Positions 60,442-64,000 of a stretch of 64,000 bases of DNA are shown here, one piece after another. A program made the translations under genes and the position numbers. Origin of the DNA: Chrysemys picta bellii (lineage: Eukaryota); contig NC_088807.1 in assembly GCF_011386835.1 (NCBI RefSeq), forward strand, positions 24,428,001-24,492,000. Reading direction: 5' to 3'. Under the pieces are notes generated by a model. That model saw only the letters and a program-made list of their open reading frames with translations, ran no database searches and was not told where the DNA came from. The number at the start of each line of letters is the position of its first letter. Position 1 is the stretch's first letter.

Positions 60442-60696
60442 AGAAACTGGCACAGAAGCAATGCTGGAACCGCAAGGGGCGGGCAGAGAGCAGGTGTGAC
60501 TCTCCTGCTAGTGTTCCCGGAGCCAGAAACCTGGCCCTCCGTCATCTGATCTAACTCGATCCTTGCAACCTCCCCGCCCCAACGGAGACCCCGTGGCTGG
60601 GGGCCCGGTTTCACGCCTTGCTGTCTCCACAGGAATCAGGGAGGCTATGGGGACCGCTACTCCGGAGGCTCCTATAGAGACAGCTACGACAACTAG
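56995..60696 (+). CDS. Cold-inducible RNA-binding protein-like (second RBM3/CIRBP-family paralogue), 149 aa
   Basis: Coding exons 56995-57097, 58958-59064, 59859-59949, 60035-60119 and 60633-60696. Protein: [88 protein letters not shown]...YRDSYDN*. 3' UTR exon from 61139, ATTAAA at 61789. Confidence 0.93.
57660..57850. mobile_element. Small palindromic element in intron 2 of the CIRBP-like gene
   Basis: Imperfect inverted termini (GGATAGGAGAGACACAAGGTGGGCGAGGTAATATCT ... AGATATTACTTCTCACCTACGTTGTCACACTCGTATCC). Confidence 0.55.
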
Positions 60697-61138
60697 GGTG
60701 AGTCTGTCCTGTAGTAACTGGCCTGAGCTGCCCGGTCTCTTCCGTCCCGCCCGCCGTTTAGCTTAAATGCATGTGGAGACTCTAACCCACCAGGGACTTT
60801 TTAATCCATCCAACTTCTCTCTTAAAGGGGCGCTGTTGGGCCGTCTTATAAAACCCCAGAGCTGCCTTTTAACCCGAATGGGGGAAAACACCCGCCAAAC
60901 TGTAAGTTTGTAGGGGGATTTAACTCCCCGCCTTCACGTAGGACCTACTCCAAACCAGTGGGGGCTGCAGACGATGCCCAACCAAGGAAATAAGCGACGG
61001 CTGGAAGCCGACCTGGGTCCTTTTAAGAACAGCACCCTCCTGGCCCCCTGCCCCTGGGAGGGGGGCAGGGCGCGAAATACCGCTGGCATGTCTGTGTGCC
61101 GCAGTGCCTTTACCATTCTACCTGCTTCTTATCCTCAG

Positions 61139-61810
61139 CCCGGCAATGAACAACAGCCCTTCCCGAACTGAGATCGTCCTTCCAATGGCCGTATTTATAA
61201 AGATTTTTGGAGCTTCGCTGAATCTTACTGTTTAGTTACATCCGCCTGTACTTTCCCTTTTGTAGCCTGGTCACATGCAGCCCCGAGAGGAGAGGCCCGT
61301 TCCAGGGGCCCCCCCTCCCTTCCACCTCCCCTTCCCCCGCAAAGCAAAGATCAGGCTGGTTTCACAAGTTCTTAAAGCATTTGGGGATCTGTTTTTGTTC
61401 TTTTCAATTCGGCTTCTTTTAATTGGCCAAAATGGGAGGTGGGGCCTGATTCTGACCCGCGGAGCGTGAGCTGTGGAGGGGTTTTCACTTTTTTTTATAA
61501 CACCTTTGTAGTTTTGTAAATTTTCTTTAGCATGTAGGAAGGGGAGAGGCAAATCTCTCAGGTAGAACAAAGGGAGACTCACGACTCGTGTGCAAAAGGT
61601 ATTTTTCCTGCGAGATGTAACCGAGCCCGAGCTTAGATTTGCAAAAACTTTCCGCGAGAGGTTCTCGAAAATGTTTGTTTATATCGTCCCTTTTTTTTAC
61701 TGGAAGAAGCGCTCATAATTCCATTGATACTGTGTTTTTGAAGTGGTGAAGGAATTCCTGTATTCAGTTCTTCGGCTTTACGGAGCCTATTAAAGACAGT
61801 CCGAAACAAA
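61139..61810 (+). other. 3' UTR terminal exon of the CIRBP-like gene
   Basis: Acceptor ATCCTCAG|CC, blocks shared with the RBM3 UTR, and ATTAAA at 61789-61794. Confidence 0.8.
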
Positions 61811-63084
61811 CTCTCTGCTCTTGACCTTTTGCCAGTAGTGAAGACGGCCGAAGGCGGACGGGTGCGTGGATGTTAGAGAGGGTGGGACGACGGGAATTCG
61901 ATTGCAGGATGACTGAGCTATCCAGGTGGCTGTGAAAAAGGCACCCCTAAGAACAGCCGTCTAGCCCTGTATCCTGTCTCAAGGGGAACGTACAGATCAG
62001 GGTGATTATGGAGTAATTCACCCCTGTCTGCCTCCCCCGGCTTCTGGTAGTCAGAAGTTTAGAGTGGTCCCAAGCATGTGTCCCTGATGGTATGCCGGCC
62101 GGGCCGGGTCTTGGGGAAGGGCTTTCCTGGGCCCTCATCTCTGCTCCTGTTGGCGCTTTCAGATCCTTGGTAAGAATCTGGCTCTCTCTGTTGACCCAGG
62201 GCAAACTGCCAGGGATCTGGGGCAGCTGCGGCTGGCCGGGCTGGCATTGGGCAGGGCTGAATTCGGCCTGTGTGTAGCTAGCTCTGTCCTGACCTGGTTT
62301 CTGTTAGTGTGAGACCAAGGCCAACCCCCATGGGGTGAGGCAACTCCTGCTCCCACATTCCTCCTCCAGGGCACGTTCTACAACTAGCACAAACCATGGC
62401 CCTTCTTTAGGAGGCCGGTCTGACACTTCCCTAGGGGGCAGCCTGACCTCCAAGGCTCAATCCTGATCCTTTAGCCATCCCTTTCAAAGCCGCTGTGCCC
62501 CAGCGGGTAAGGGAGGGCAGGAAACTAGACTGTGGTGGCGGGAGACTGGTGCTCCAGTGAACAGCCCTGCGTAAAACCTCTGCAAACACCCACGGCTCTT
62601 TGCTCCCACTCACCCGGAGCTGGCCTTGTGCCCGCTCTCACCCTGGCACTGCATTGTCTCTTGACAAACCATGTCTGTCCACTCTGCTGACACTTTGCAC
62701 TCAGTCACCATTTCCACGGGCAGAAGAGGAGCACAGAGCGAGACAGGAGCTGGGAACAGCCCTGAGAGAGCTTTTGGGCAGAGGGCTGGCTGAAAGAGGC
62801 TAGGAGCAAGAAAACTTTGGGGCTCTAGAAATAAAAACAGGGATGGCCAAGACTGCAACAAGGGAAATAGCTGACTCTAGCACCAATTTCTCCTGCAGAA
62901 CCTTGAGTTTGGCTAGCCGCTAGGCTAAAAAGGGATAACATCAGCCCATCAGAACAACCGAGCTGCGTCAGGCTAATGGCCCAGCTAGCCCACCATCCTG
63001 TCCGACAGAAGCCAGTGCCACGTGCTTTGGAGGGAATGAGTAGAACGGGGCAATTATCCCTTGTCTACAGTTTATATACTCAGA

Positions 63085-64000
63085 GATTATCAGGGCTGGA
63101 AGGGACTTTCAGGAGGTATCTAGTCCAACCCCCTGCTCAAAGCAGGACCAATCCCCAACTAAATCATCCCAGCCAGGGCTTTGTCAAGCCCAATCTTAAA
63201 AACCTCTAAGGATGGAGATCCCACCACCTCCCTAGGGAACCCATTCCAGTGCTTCACCACCCTCCCAGTGAAAAATTTTTTCCTAATATCCAACCTAGAC
63301 CTCCCCCTCTGTAATTTGAGACCGTTACTCCTTGTTCTGTCATCTGCCACCACTGAGAATAGTCTGGATCCATCCTCTTTGGAACCCCCTTTTAGGTAAT
63401 TGAAAGCAGCTATCAAATCCCCCCTCACTCTTCTCTTCTGCAGACTAAACAATCCCAGTTCCCTCAGCCTCTCCTCATAAGTCATGTGCTCCAGCCCCCT
63501 AATCATTTTTGTTGCCCTCCGCTGGACTCTTTCCAATTTTTCCACATCCTCCTTGTGTGGGGCCCAAAACTAGACAGAGTACTCCAGATGAGGCCTCACC
63601 AACGTCGAATAGAGGGAAATAATCACGTCCCTCGATCTGCTGGCAATGCCCCTTATACAGCCCAAGCTTCTGGCCCTTGGGAGATTTAAGGACACTTAGA
63701 ACATGGGCTTGCGTCCCTGACCATCTAGGCTAATAGCCACTGAGGGACGTATCCTCCAGGAACTTCTCTTCTGTCTTCAACCCAGTTCTACTTCTGGCCT
63801 TCACAACATTCCCCAGCGAGGAGTTCCACAGGTGGACTCCGTTGGGTGAAAATCCTTCTTCTGTTTTAAACCCGCCTGTTCATTTCAGGAGGTGCCCCCG
63901 GGTTTGTCTCTCCCATGAAGGGGTAAAGAACACAATGTTTCCCTAGTCCCTGTCTCCATCCCACCCATGATTTTATAGACCTCAAAGTCTATCCTATCCC
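63085..64000 (-). mobile_element. CR1 LINE 3' fragments
   Basis: ORF 63159-63545 reads [36 protein letters not shown]...[18 protein letters not shown], followed by a second older fragment. Confidence 0.92.

Overview
GC-rich, repeat-dense vertebrate genomic DNA, most likely a turtle or similar sauropsid (inferred from CR1 LINEs, hAT/Tc1 MITEs and gene content). There is one assembly gap (4470-4908). Spliced genes reconstructed by hand from GT-AG junctions: a complete 4-exon lysozyme-C-like gene (SPACA3/SPACA5 type, catalytic Glu replaced by Ala; minus, 4153-6400); two intact tandem TIMP1-like genes (minus, 8259-11158 and 25057-28050) inside a ~12-15 kb tandem segmental duplication, with no synapsin host exons visible; a broken two-exon properdin (CFP) relic; PROP1 (exons 2-3, 39831-40632); and two tandem cold-inducible RNA-binding genes, an RBM3 (47679-49186) and a CIRBP-like paralogue (56995-60696). 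Most of these genes are homologues of mammalian Xp11 genes. The most notable non-genic structures are same-orientation tandem arrays of perfect CTCF core motifs spaced by CA tracts, satellites built from a tRNA-SINE head, a VNTR that multiplies a TIMP splice donor, and contrasting modular promoters on the two cold-shock paralogues. Almost all long ORFs in the supplied track are repeat artefacts. All identities come from my recall of the protein families, not from database searches.
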